Assembly (NCBI GenBank): GCA_964639105.1
Contig: CAZXBW010000001.1
Span: 1 to 61,007, forward strand
Origin: an uncultured Nitrososphaerota archaeon
GTDB lineage: Archaea; Thermoproteota; EX4484-205; JAAOZO01
DNA length: 61,007 bases
Direction of reading: 5' to 3'
Shown one piece after another: positions 17,926 to 26,059 of this stretch; the stretch's first letter is position 1; every line of letters starts with the position of its first letter. The notes beneath the pieces are model-generated. The model did no database searches, had not been told where the DNA came from, and worked only from the letters and a program-made list of their open reading frames with translations. Made by a program: the position numbers and the translations under genes.

Positions 17926-19209
17926 TATCCTCAATGACGTTGGCTGTTCCCCGAATATTCTCTTGGCTGCATCGGCAACTTCTCCCCTGGCCTCAGACGT
18001 AGTGTAGACTCTCGCAATATCAACGAATCCTCTAAGGCCCCTGGCCACCTCTGATACCCCGTACAGTGACTTCTCCACAAGCTTGCCGTTCTCCCTGAAA
18101 GCTACAGGTATGACTGTACCTCCCTTCTCCTCATAGACGGGCCTGTAGGGAAGTGATGGAACAGAAGACAGATCAAGCACAACCAAGTCATTGTCGACGC
18201 CGGCCATTTTCGCTATTTGCTCCTCAAGCTCCTCCCTTATTCCGGGGTTGGTTATGAGCCCGGACATCGCCTTGTTGTCATGATACATGAATGACTCGTA
18301 CGTGGATTTGAAGAGGTTCCGTGAGCGTAGCCTGCCCATCAACTCTTTGGCTTTTTTCATTGTCCCAGTGTTCTCTTTGCTCCGAACGATAGATTGCATC
18401 ACGTACCAGTCATCAAGAATCAGGAAATCCTCTACGTCCTTGAACGCCGTCAGCCCTAGGCTCTCGTTCGCAAGTTGCATCGCTCTAGATACCATCACTC
18501 CGGCAGCCCTAACCGTCTTGTGAAAGTAAACCGCCTTGAACATCATGTAACGGGCAAAGTAGAATGATTCCAGAGCGTAGAGTGAAGTCGAATCTATGGC
18601 CAGTGTCTTGTCCAGTGCAACCAGCGAATCCACCAGACGGTCGGCGTCAATGTAGCCGTATTCGACGCCGGTATGAATGGAATCTCTGACTAAATAGTCC
18701 ATCACATCAGCATCAAAATACCCCGAGACGATCTGGTTCAATAGAGGATTCGCGGTCTGACTCTTGCCTGATGTCAACTCAGAGATCTCCTTTGGATCTT
18801 GCCCACTGGCGCTCAGCACGTCAGCTACCGACGATTTGGTGACTATCCACTTCGCGAGATCTTCGTGCGTCATTCCTCTCTTTACGGAGAGCAAATCCTC
18901 GTACATGTGAGAGAACGGCCCATGACCCACATCGTGCAACAGAGCTGCCACCCTCACCTTCTCTATGTCGTCCTTCCCGATCGCAGAGGCCGACAGAAGC
19001 ACCCGGGCCATTTTGCCAGCCAAATGCATCACTCCTAGCGAGTGTGGGAATCTAGAGTAGTCAGCCCCGGGATACGTGAGTTCAGCGTACGACAACTGCT
19101 TGATTCTCCGAAGTCTTTGAACGGAGGGCTCGTCCATGACCTGTCTCTCGAGTTCGGAGAAGCCGATGTACTTGTGGACAGTGTCCCTGACCTCGCCTAT
19201 CATCTCCAT
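17917..19209 (-). CDS. HD-domain phosphohydrolase (dGTPase/SAMHD1-like)
   Basis: RFPHSLGVMHLA and AALLHDVGHGPFSH motifs. Confidence 0.75.
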   Translation of the reverse strand: MEMIGEVRDTVHKYIGFSELERQVMDEPSVQRLRRIKQLSYAELTYPGADYSRFPHSLGVMHLAGKMARVLLSASAIGKDDIEKVRVAALLHDVGHGPFSHMYEDLLSVKRGMTHEDLAKWIVTKSSVADVLSASGQDPKEISELTSGKSQTANPLLNQIVSGYFDADVMDYLVRDSIHTGVEYGYIDADRLVDSLVALDKTLAIDSTSLYALESFYFARYMMFKAVYFHKTVRAAGVMVSRAMQLANESLGLTAFKDVEDFLILDDWYVMQSIVRSKENTGTMKKAKELMGRLRSRNLFKSTYESFMYHDNKAMSGLITNPGIREELEEQIAKMAGVDNDLVVLDLSSVPSLPYRPVYEEKGGTVIPVAFRENGKLVEKSLYGVSEVARGLRGFVDIARVYTTSEARGEVADAAKRIFGEQPTSLRISF

Positions 19210-19265
19210 ATGTTAACAAATCTCCCTCCAGTTTAATAATCCTTCTAGGGCTAATCGGTATTGTC

Positions 19266-19853
19266 ATGCGAAGGGGGAAACTGATCGCTTTTGAGGGCAT
19301 CGATGGAAGCGGCAAGACAACCATGTCTACGCGAGCCTACCAAGCCGCAAAGAACAAGGGGGCCCAGGTTTTGTACACTTTCGAACCGACCTACTCTAAG
19401 GTCGGTAGCATAATCCATCTTGTGCTGAGCGGCGACATCGAGGCCTCCGGGGAGTTCCAAGCGTTGATGTTCGCTGCAGATAGGATCAATCACTTTCAGA
19501 CTGAGATCGAGCCAGAATTGAATGCGGGTAGGCATGTGTTGGTCGATAGGTACGTTCACTCCTCGATTGCATATCAAGGTGTACTGCTGAATGATGAGGA
19601 GTGGGTCAGGAGCATCAACAGGGGTGCTCCAACTCCTGACCTTGCCATATACATCGACGTAGATCCTAAGACCGGCTTGAAGAGGAGGGGCACACGGAGC
19701 ATATACGAGAAACTGGATTTGTTGGGCGACATCAGAGCAGCATACAAGAGGATGGTGACGCGTGGAGAGTTGGTCGAAGTCGACGGATCCAAACCCGAAG
19801 AGCTGGTCTTCGACGAGGTCTGGAAACTCGTAGTTGATGAGCTGAGGCTATAG
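19266..19853 (+). CDS. tmk: Thymidylate kinase
   Basis: P-loop IAFEGIDGSGKTT and DRY motif (VDRYVHSSIAYQG). Confidence 0.85.
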   Translation: MRRGKLIAFEGIDGSGKTTMSTRAYQAAKNKGAQVLYTFEPTYSKVGSIIHLVLSGDIEASGEFQALMFAADRINHFQTEIEPELNAGRHVLVDRYVHSSIAYQGVLLNDEEWVRSINRGAPTPDLAIYIDVDPKTGLKRRGTRSIYEKLDLLGDIRAAYKRMVTRGELVEVDGSKPEELVFDEVWKLVVDELRL

Positions 19854-22118
19854 AGCAGTATCCTTTTCCTCTTCCGTCTCCTTGGTCAATATCTCCCTTA
19901 TCTTGTTCGCCTTGACCTTCCCGATCCCTTCAACCTCCATAAGTTCAGCCGCTGACTTGTTGAAGACCTTCAAGGGCGAGCCGAACTTCTTCAGCATCTT
20001 CTCAGCAGTTGTTTTCTCCACGTTTGGTAGCCCGGACAATAAGTAGAGCTGCGACTCCCTGATGCTCGACGGCTTTTTTGTCTCCCTGACCCTGGGGAAC
20101 TTCTTACGTTCAACTTGTTCCCTCTGAGCTATCCTAAACAGGTACATCGCCGCCTCTTGTGGGGTTGGTACCTGGAGGATTGGTATTCCATAGTCAAACA
20201 TGATCGAGATCAGTGCCCCCCTTAGGGCGTTGGGGTGGAGCCCTGATTCCGTGAGGAGATCTGACCCTTCCAACAGTAACACGGGGTTGAAGTAGGTGTC
20301 TTTCAGCTGCTTCGCTTGTTCGAACAGTCTCCCATCCACTATTGAAGAAGCAAAATCCTTCGACGTCTTTCTTTCGACGGCGATGTCCTCAGAGAGAATG
20401 TAGTCCCCTACCTCGATGGTGTCGAACTGCAAAGAGGCACCCAAGTTACTGAGCTCAACCACCACCTGAGAACCCCTTTCTCTCTCGTCCACTATGATCC
20501 TGACCCCAGGTGTGCCCTCTGTGGACGGTACGATGAACCTGGAGAGGTTCGAGCTGTCACTCTTGATCTTAGTAGACAGTGACTTCACTAGCGCCCTCAT
20601 GGACTTCTCCCTTTTTCTTGCTATCCACAGATATCTTTCGTCGGAGGTGCCTGAGAAGAATAATAGATATGCATCCCCCGGTGCGAACCTAGCCGTTCTA
20701 CCGAGGCGTTGAACCAATCTTATGGCGCTTGGTGTGTTGTCATAGAAGACAACGACATCCGCGCCAGCGATATCTAGACCTTCCTCTCCCACCTGAGTCG
20801 CTATGAGGGCACCAGCTGGGCCCCCCCGGAACTCCTCCAGTACCTCGCGCTGTTCTCTCTGTGACATCCCCCCGCTCTGCCCAGACGTCCTTTGTCCGAC
20901 TAGCAATCGGGCGGTTGCGAGCCCTTTCTTTTCTAGGAAGCTGAGAACTTCATCCGCACAGGAACGATAGGAAACGAAAACAATCGCCTTCTTTCCCCCT
21001 TGGACGACCTCGCTATCCAAGACGTTGCCTAGTTCGACTAGTTTAGGATTCGGGGGATCGAGCCTGAGTTGGAGCTTCGCGAGTTCGACCGCATCTAGCA
21101 CTCGCTTCGTCTTCAGAAGCTGCTTCAAAGACTTCGCGCTGCCGCTCCTCCCAGCCTGCTCCATCTGAGAGGACACGAAATCCAAGAACAGCGTCGGACC
21201 ACCCAAGTCAAGCCTCTCGATCATGAGCAGAAGCCTTCTTGCTGTTGCCAGTGTCTTCACTGCATTCAGTAGCTCGTAATCCTGTGAAGCGACGGCCTTC
21301 CTCCTCAGTGCGATCATTCTCTCTGTTATCGATCTGAAAGTCGGACGAAGACCACGCAACTCCTCTCTAGTGGACTGAGAGTATAACAGCGCGTTCAGCT
21401 CGCTCATGAGCAACGTCCTGGCCTCCGACATGGCTGGCGGCATAGAGACTGGAACGAGGTGGGTGTTGACCTTCTCGATGTACTTACTTACCGACGCATC
21501 TTCCTCTGATCTCGCGAGAATTCGGACAGCGTTGAGGTTAGTCGAGAGTTCCGCCAGCCGTCTCGGATCTCCGGGCGAGGCGGTGAACCCCACGACGTGT
21601 GCCCCCTCCCTCTGCGAGGAATAGATCCGGACTATTGGGACGTAAGCGTAATTTCCCACGGCCCGATGAGCTTCGTCTAGTATTATCGTCGAGGTTCTGT
21701 CGAGCTTGATCTTTCCTTGGGTGAGCTCACTCAAGATGAGTTGAGGTGTTGCGATCAGAAGTTTCGGGAGAGAACCCTCCCTCGCTGCCAGAGGAACCTC
21801 ACCCGTCCACAGTCCTATGTTACTTTCATCCAACTTCAGAATGCGAACCATGAGGTCATGGTGTTGCTGACAGAGAGGTTTTGTCGGTGCTAGTATTATG
21901 ACCGAAGCTCTCGGATCCGCGTTAAGACGTTCTGCTACGATTAGGGCAGCCACAACTGTCTTACCCAGACCAGTTGGCAAAGCGACCAGTGCATTAGTAC
22001 CTAAAGCTGAGCGAGCTAGTTCGACTTGGTAATCCCTCCATTCGACGCTGCCCTTTCTGATCAGTGGGTGCTCTAAGTGTGAGGCCTCTTTGGTGAAGGG
22101 TCCGCCATCTAGACTCAT
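19848..22118 (-). CDS. hef: Hef-type helicase/nuclease (SF2 helicase + ERCC4 nuclease + HhH2)
   Basis: Helicase motifs PTGLGKT, DEAH (ILDEAHRAVG) and GRTAR. C-terminal ERCC4 motif (VGDYILSEDIAVERKTSKDF) and a terminal helix-hairpin-helix pair (GIGKVKANKI). Confidence 0.85.
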   Translation of the reverse strand: MSLDGGPFTKEASHLEHPLIRKGSVEWRDYQVELARSALGTNALVALPTGLGKTVVAALIVAERLNADPRASVIILAPTKPLCQQHHDLMVRILKLDESNIGLWTGEVPLAAREGSLPKLLIATPQLILSELTQGKIKLDRTSTIILDEAHRAVGNYAYVPIVRIYSSQREGAHVVGFTASPGDPRRLAELSTNLNAVRILARSEEDASVSKYIEKVNTHLVPVSMPPAMSEARTLLMSELNALLYSQSTREELRGLRPTFRSITERMIALRRKAVASQDYELLNAVKTLATARRLLLMIERLDLGGPTLFLDFVSSQMEQAGRSGSAKSLKQLLKTKRVLDAVELAKLQLRLDPPNPKLVELGNVLDSEVVQGGKKAIVFVSYRSCADEVLSFLEKKGLATARLLVGQRTSGQSGGMSQREQREVLEEFRGGPAGALIATQVGEEGLDIAGADVVVFYDNTPSAIRLVQRLGRTARFAPGDAYLLFFSGTSDERYLWIARKREKSMRALVKSLSTKIKSDSSNLSRFIVPSTEGTPGVRIIVDERERGSQVVVELSNLGASLQFDTIEVGDYILSEDIAVERKTSKDFASSIVDGRLFEQAKQLKDTYFNPVLLLEGSDLLTESGLHPNALRGALISIMFDYGIPILQVPTPQEAAMYLFRIAQREQVERKKFPRVRETKKPSSIRESQLYLLSGLPNVEKTTAEKMLKKFGSPLKVFNKSAAELMEVEGIGKVKANKIREILTKETEEEKDTAL

Positions 22119-22128
22119 CTGCCCCTGT

Positions 22129-22470
22129 TCACTTTTCCCCCAAAAGAGCCAGTATCTCTCTGATGCATGAAACTAGGTTCTTAATCTCGTTAGGGTCCTT
22201 AGCGTCCTTGAGGGCGTCAACCATCAGAGCGAGTTTCTGCTTCAATATGTTGTCCAGTTCACCGGTTATACTTCCCTTTTCTGCTTGTTCCTTGGACACT
22301 GTCTGCTTGCCAGCAGTCCCGCTGTCCGGTGAGTAGCCACAGGACGCGCAAAGTATCTTTCCGTCCTTCAACTTGAAGAGAGGTGCTCCGCAGTTCGGAC
22401 ATGATTTGGAAAGCATCGTGGCACCTGCGGACAGTAATTCCGCCATTTTGTGAACGCCATCACTTGACAT
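22129..22470 (-). CDS. Zn-ribbon protein, UPF0148 / autoantigen p27-like family
   Basis: AELLSAGATMLSKSCPNCGAPLFKLKDGKILCASCG matches the family pattern. Confidence 0.5.
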   Translation of the reverse strand: MSSDGVHKMAELLSAGATMLSKSCPNCGAPLFKLKDGKILCASCGYSPDSGTAGKQTVSKEQAEKGSITGELDNILKQKLALMVDALKDAKDPNEIKNLVSCIREILALLGEK

Positions 22471-22525
22471 TATCCTTTAATAATGGAGAAAAGGCGACCA
22501 TATAGAAATTTCGGAGGCATGACCG

Positions 22526-22807
22526 ATGACGACTGCAAAACAAAGGAAACTACAGAACGAGCAAGAGATTCTGAAGGTCGTTGAGTCGATCAAGGTCGTG
22601 CAGGCAGACCTGACCACACCCAAGAATGTGAAGAAGCTCGTGAAGGAGACGATCGATCGACTGAGCAGGACGGATCTCTCACCGGGAATAAAGGCGGCCT
22701 CAGCAATACAACTGCTAGAGGAAGCTAATCAAGACTCGAATTTGTCCATGCTGTCGAGGACCAGAATCTGGAATGCCTTGACCAAACTGGAAACCATTAA
22801 AGACTGA
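22526..22807 (+). CDS. UPF0147-family small helical protein (COG1698)
   Basis: About 90 aa. AASAIQLLEEANQDSNLSMLSRTRIWNALTKLETI resembles the UPF0147 signature. Confidence 0.5.
   Translation: MTTAKQRKLQNEQEILKVVESIKVVQADLTTPKNVKKLVKETIDRLSRTDLSPGIKAASAIQLLEEANQDSNLSMLSRTRIWNALTKLETIKD
22795..22803 (+). promoter_or_regulatory. TATA-like box upstream of tRNA-Leu(TAA)
   Basis: CATTAAAGA centred about 30 nt upstream of the tRNA 5' end. Confidence 0.35.
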
Positions 22808-22829
22808 CCTCGATTTGTTCTACCCGGTC

Positions 22830-22926
22830 GCGAGGGTGGCCGAGCCAGGAAAAGGCGCGAGACTTAAGATCTCGTGGCGAAGGCCTACCCGGGTTCGAAA
22901 GAGCCCCGAGAATCCCGGCCCTCGCA
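22830..22926 (+). tRNA. tRNA-Leu (anticodon TAA) with a 13-nt insertion in the T-loop; CCA follows in the genome
   Basis: Hand fold: acceptor GCGAGGG/CCCTCGC. Anticodon arm CGAGA-CTTAAGA-TCTCG. Long variable arm. T-stem CCGGG/CCCGG encloses 20 nt (TTCGAAAGAGCCCCGAGAAT) instead of 7. Confidence 0.8.
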
Positions 22927-22957
22927 CCATTTCTCTCATGAGATTTATCAGGTCGAA

Positions 22958-22968
22958 GGTTAAAATAT
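22958..22968 (+). promoter_or_regulatory. BRE/TATA-like box upstream of tRNA-Arg(CCT)
   Basis: GGTTAAAATAT centred about 28 nt upstream of the tRNA 5' end. The same GGTTAAA(T)A pattern occurs upstream of tRNA-Gly. Confidence 0.45.
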
Positions 22969-22990
22969 CAGAAGCTCGCGACTGGCACTT

Positions 22991-23080
22991 GGGCCCGTGG
23001 CCTAGTCAGGATCAAGGCGGCAGAGCAAAGCGCTGATCCTCCTAAGTTGCAAATCCTGGGTTCAAATCCCAGCGGGCCCG
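22991..23080 (+). tRNA. tRNA-Arg (anticodon CCT) with a 14-nt insertion in the 5' strand of the anticodon stem
   Basis: Acceptor GGGCCCG/CGGGCCC. D-arm GCCT-AGTCAGGATCA-AGGC. T-arm CTGGG-TTCAAAT-CCCAG. Removing 23024-23037 gives stem GCAGC/GTTGC and loop CTCCTAA. Confidence 0.75.
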
Positions 23081-23088
23081 CTCGGCAA

Positions 23089-23703
23089 ATGATGCCACTT
23101 GGAAGCGGGCGGCACCGAGAAGACCAACGGTTTTTATACGTAAAGAACCTCGGCTATGAAGTCACAGGTTTGGAAGAAGAGAGAATCGAGATTCAGATAG
23201 ATGGGATCCTTCGGGGGAACGATGTGTTTGTCACCAATCCCGAACAGGTGAAATGGCTTACCGAGCGGGGATTTGGCGTGGGCGACGAACAACTGCGCCT
23301 TTCGCTTCCCGAAGCACTATTCTTGATCGAAATCAAACGGCTTACTCTGCTATCAGGGAAGGGGATCGCCTACACCTTCGAGGATTTGGCAAGAAAGGCC
23401 AACAAGCTCGACAGAAATTCATGGTACAAGTACTTAGTGTTGAGAGACCTCCGCACGAGAGGTTACATAACTAGGGAGGGGTACGGGATTGGAATAGATT
23501 TCAACGTATACGAGAAAGGAGAGTATCCGCAGGAGGCACCCAAGTTCCTCGTCGTGGGCCTCTGTGAAGGAGCACCGGCTGCTTTTGGAAAGATGGTTGA
23601 GATACTGAAGAGGGCCCAGTCCAACAGGAAGACACTCATATTGGCTGTGATAGATAGGAGGAATGAAATGGTGTATTATTCAATATCGAGGTCGCTCGTG
23701 TGA
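23089..23703 (+). CDS. endA: tRNA-splicing endonuclease EndA homologue lacking the catalytic His
   Basis: YLVLRDLRTRGYITREGYGIGIDFNVYEKG...RKTLILAVIDRRNEMVYYSI matches the EndA C-terminal catalytic fold. Tyr and Lys align, but the His position reads QEAPKFLVV. ATG lies 8 nt after tRNA-Arg. Confidence 0.75.
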   Translation: MMPLGSGRHREDQRFLYVKNLGYEVTGLEEERIEIQIDGILRGNDVFVTNPEQVKWLTERGFGVGDEQLRLSLPEALFLIEIKRLTLLSGKGIAYTFEDLARKANKLDRNSWYKYLVLRDLRTRGYITREGYGIGIDFNVYEKGEYPQEAPKFLVVGLCEGAPAAFGKMVEILKRAQSNRKTLILAVIDRRNEMVYYSISRSLV

Positions 23704-24551
23704 TGAATGCAAGGGTTCTGCTGAAGATAGTCCGCCCGGCTGATGTTTTTCTCTTGGGAATCGGTGTCATCGTAGGTTATGTCGTCTCCACGGGAACGCT
23801 GCAGATCTCCATTGAATTGCTGGCAGGAGCGGTGTCGTGCGGCCTGTACACCGCCTTCGCAATGGTTACCAATGACATAATTGACATGGAAGCGGACAAG
23901 GTGAACGAGCCCAATCGACCTATACCCTCGGGAAAGTTGAGTCCAAAGGAGGCGTTGATCTACTCGTTTGTCTTGCTAGCACTGGGCGTAGTGATGGCCG
24001 GCTTCACCAAGAACATCTGGTTCCTTTCTGTTCCTCAAGTCGTCGCCTTGGCCAGTGTGGTCTACAATCTGTACCTAAAGAGGATTGGATTCTTGGGTAA
24101 CATCCTTGTCAGTACTTTGGTTGCTTCTTCGTTCATAGGGGGAGGGCTGATAGCGGTTGGTCACATCGAAACCTACCTCATGCTCTTTGCACTTATGGCA
24201 TTCGTAGGCAATCTCGGGCGAGAAGTTCACAAGGGTATAGCAGATGTGGAAGGAGACAGAAGCAAGGGAGTCATGACCATAGCTGTGGCTTACGGCGTTC
24301 AGAAAGCTAAGTGGCTGGCTGTATCTCTGTATATCACCGCTATCCTGTTGGCCTTGATACCGATCGCGCTGGGAATCACAAACGGATACTACCCCTATGC
24401 GATAGCGGTCGTGGCTATCCTCCTTGTGGCCTCCTCAGTGAGAGTGTTGAGGATGCAGAAGTCAGAAGAATTGAGGAAGGAGAAGAACTTGGTCAGAGTG
24501 TGGATGTTGTTCGCCTTGGTTGCGTTTGTAATAGGTGCACTGAGAATTTGA
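23700..24551 (+). CDS. UbiA-family prenyltransferase, likely digeranylgeranylglyceryl phosphate synthase
   Basis: NDIIDMEADKVNEPNRPIPSG (first Asp-rich motif), a second motif region KGIADVEGDR, and about 8 TM helices. Confidence 0.7.
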   Translation: MMNARVLLKIVRPADVFLLGIGVIVGYVVSTGTLQISIELLAGAVSCGLYTAFAMVTNDIIDMEADKVNEPNRPIPSGKLSPKEALIYSFVLLALGVVMAGFTKNIWFLSVPQVVALASVVYNLYLKRIGFLGNILVSTLVASSFIGGGLIAVGHIETYLMLFALMAFVGNLGREVHKGIADVEGDRSKGVMTIAVAYGVQKAKWLAVSLYITAILLALIPIALGITNGYYPYAIAVVAILLVASSVRVLRMQKSEELRKEKNLVRVWMLFALVAFVIGALRI

Positions 24552-25843
24552 AGATCAGCAAGCGGGCAGTACAGCCACTCAAGGGATTCAGGGAGCTGTC
24601 ACCAGAGGATTTCTTGAAGAAGAAAGAAATCATCGAGAGAAGCAGGGAAATCTTCCGCTTGTACGGGTACGAGGAAATTGAGATCCCCACTGTGGAACCC
24701 TCCGCGCTGATAGACCTGAAGTCAGGCGAGGAAATACGGCATCGTATGTTCAAGTTCAGAGACCTTGGAGGCAGAAATGTCGTCCTCAGGCCAGAAGGTA
24801 CTCCTTCGGTAGCTAGATATGTTGTCACCAAACTCAGAGGTAAACCATTCCCAGTAAGGCTGTCGTATGTATCCAACATGTTCAGATATGATGAACCCCA
24901 GAGAGGGAGGTTCAGAGAGTTTACGCATGTTGGGTTCGAACTCTTCGGTTCCGGCAGCCCGCTCGCGGATATGGAGATACTGGAAGTCACATCGATGCTG
25001 CTCTCTGGTCTCGGGTTCGCCGACTTCGAAGTGAAGATGGGAGACCAAGGCACGCTCAGGGCAGTATTGGAGAAATCCGGCATCAGAGGCTTGTCGCAAG
25101 ATCGCCTACTCGGCATGATTGACAGGAACGAAGAAAAGGAGATCTCCAGAGTCTTGCGGAAAAGTCCCCCAGGGCTTGCGAAACAGATGAAGGAACTGAC
25201 TGGCATAAGAGGAAATGATGTTGGTAGAGCGTTCGATATGGCGAATGATCTGGCTAGCGGGATTCCTAAGGCAGAACAAAGTCTCACGGAATTTCGCGAG
25301 TTGGTGGATTACTGCAATACGGTGACCGGTGGGAAGGTATCAATCGACTTCGGATTCGCTAGAGGAATCGAGTACTACACCGGAATGATATTCGAGGTAT
25401 ATGTTAAAGGTCTGAACGTTGCGGTAGCGGGCGGCGGCAGATACGATGGATTGTGTTCTCTATTCGGGTCAGACATCCCTGCCGTGGGAGTTGCGATTGG
25501 TGTGGATAGGCTCGCCTTAGGAGATGAATTTCCCAAGATCGAACTTGACTCTCCCGCCGCTATCGTCCTTCTCTTAGATCAAGGGCTCACAGGATATGGA
25601 ACCAAGGTTGCGAGAGAACTTAGGAGCAACGGCGTTTCAACTCTGTTTGATCTGTCCACAGGGTCCCTTTCCTCCAAATTGGAGAAAGCAGCGAAGAGGA
25701 GGATCAGATTTGTGCTATTGATCGGACAGAAGGAGACGAAGGGCGGAATCGTGACCGTGAAGGACTTGACGACTGGAACACAACAGGCCGTACCGTTAGA
25801 TGGCGTCGCGCAGTTCGTCCGCCAAGGGCTTCTCCCGACATAG
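24548..25843 (+). CDS. hisS: Histidyl-tRNA synthetase
   Basis: KGFRELSPEDF, FKFRDLGGRNVVLRPEGT, FREFTHVGFELFG and GGGRYD class II motifs. TTG 24548 overlaps the upstream stop. The listed ORF extension to 24311 overlaps the previous gene. Confidence 0.9.
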   Translation: MKISKRAVQPLKGFRELSPEDFLKKKEIIERSREIFRLYGYEEIEIPTVEPSALIDLKSGEEIRHRMFKFRDLGGRNVVLRPEGTPSVARYVVTKLRGKPFPVRLSYVSNMFRYDEPQRGRFREFTHVGFELFGSGSPLADMEILEVTSMLLSGLGFADFEVKMGDQGTLRAVLEKSGIRGLSQDRLLGMIDRNEEKEISRVLRKSPPGLAKQMKELTGIRGNDVGRAFDMANDLASGIPKAEQSLTEFRELVDYCNTVTGGKVSIDFGFARGIEYYTGMIFEVYVKGLNVAVAGGGRYDGLCSLFGSDIPAVGVAIGVDRLALGDEFPKIELDSPAAIVLLLDQGLTGYGTKVARELRSNGVSTLFDLSTGSLSSKLEKAAKRRIRFVLLIGQKETKGGIVTVKDLTTGTQQAVPLDGVAQFVRQGLLPT

Positions 25844-25921
25844 TAGTCTGACGGATTCGAATGCGCTCGAAGAGACCTTGAAGAAAATACTCAAAGGGAG
25901 CTTGACAGTAAGAGATGAATG

Positions 25922-26011
25922 CGGGCCCGGAGGGATTTGAACCCACGATCTCCGGCTTAGAAAGCTTACGCATTAACTTCGACGCCTTAATCCTGACTAG
26001 GCTACGGGCCC
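25922..26011 (-). tRNA. tRNA-Arg (anticodon TCT) with a 14-nt insertion in the 5' strand of the anticodon stem
   Basis: Reverse complement GGGCCCGTAGCCTAGTCAGGATTAAGGCG TCG[AAGTTAATGCGTAA]GC TTTCTAA GCCGG AGATC GTGGGTTCAAATCCCTC CGGGCCC G. One U-U mismatch in the T-stem. Confidence 0.7.
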
Positions 26012-26059
26012 TAACAGGTCGGCCCCCTTTGGGACAATAAGCTTTCTGCTGGGAGACCT

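Noticed and set aside
22815-23088. ORFs 22815-23036 (+) and the N-terminal extension of the endA ORF from 23047
   Set aside because: They run through the tRNA-Leu(TAA) and tRNA-Arg(CCT) genes. Peptides such as GSNPSGPA are the typical translation of a tRNA T-arm.
24311-24547. N-terminal 79-codon extension of the hisS ORF
   Set aside because: It lies entirely inside the UbiA-family gene in another frame, and HisRS similarity begins only at the TTG at 24548. The 45411-45554 extension of the GGGPS ORF is rejected likewise because it lies inside elf1.
24493-25287. 264-aa antisense ORF inside hisS, and similar long antisense ORFs inside aglB, leuS, alaS, xpd, polD, the TGT-like gene and the VIT-like gene
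   Set aside because: Each opposes a gene with strong motif support, and none has a recognisable motif. These are typical shadow ORFs in moderately GC-rich coding DNA.
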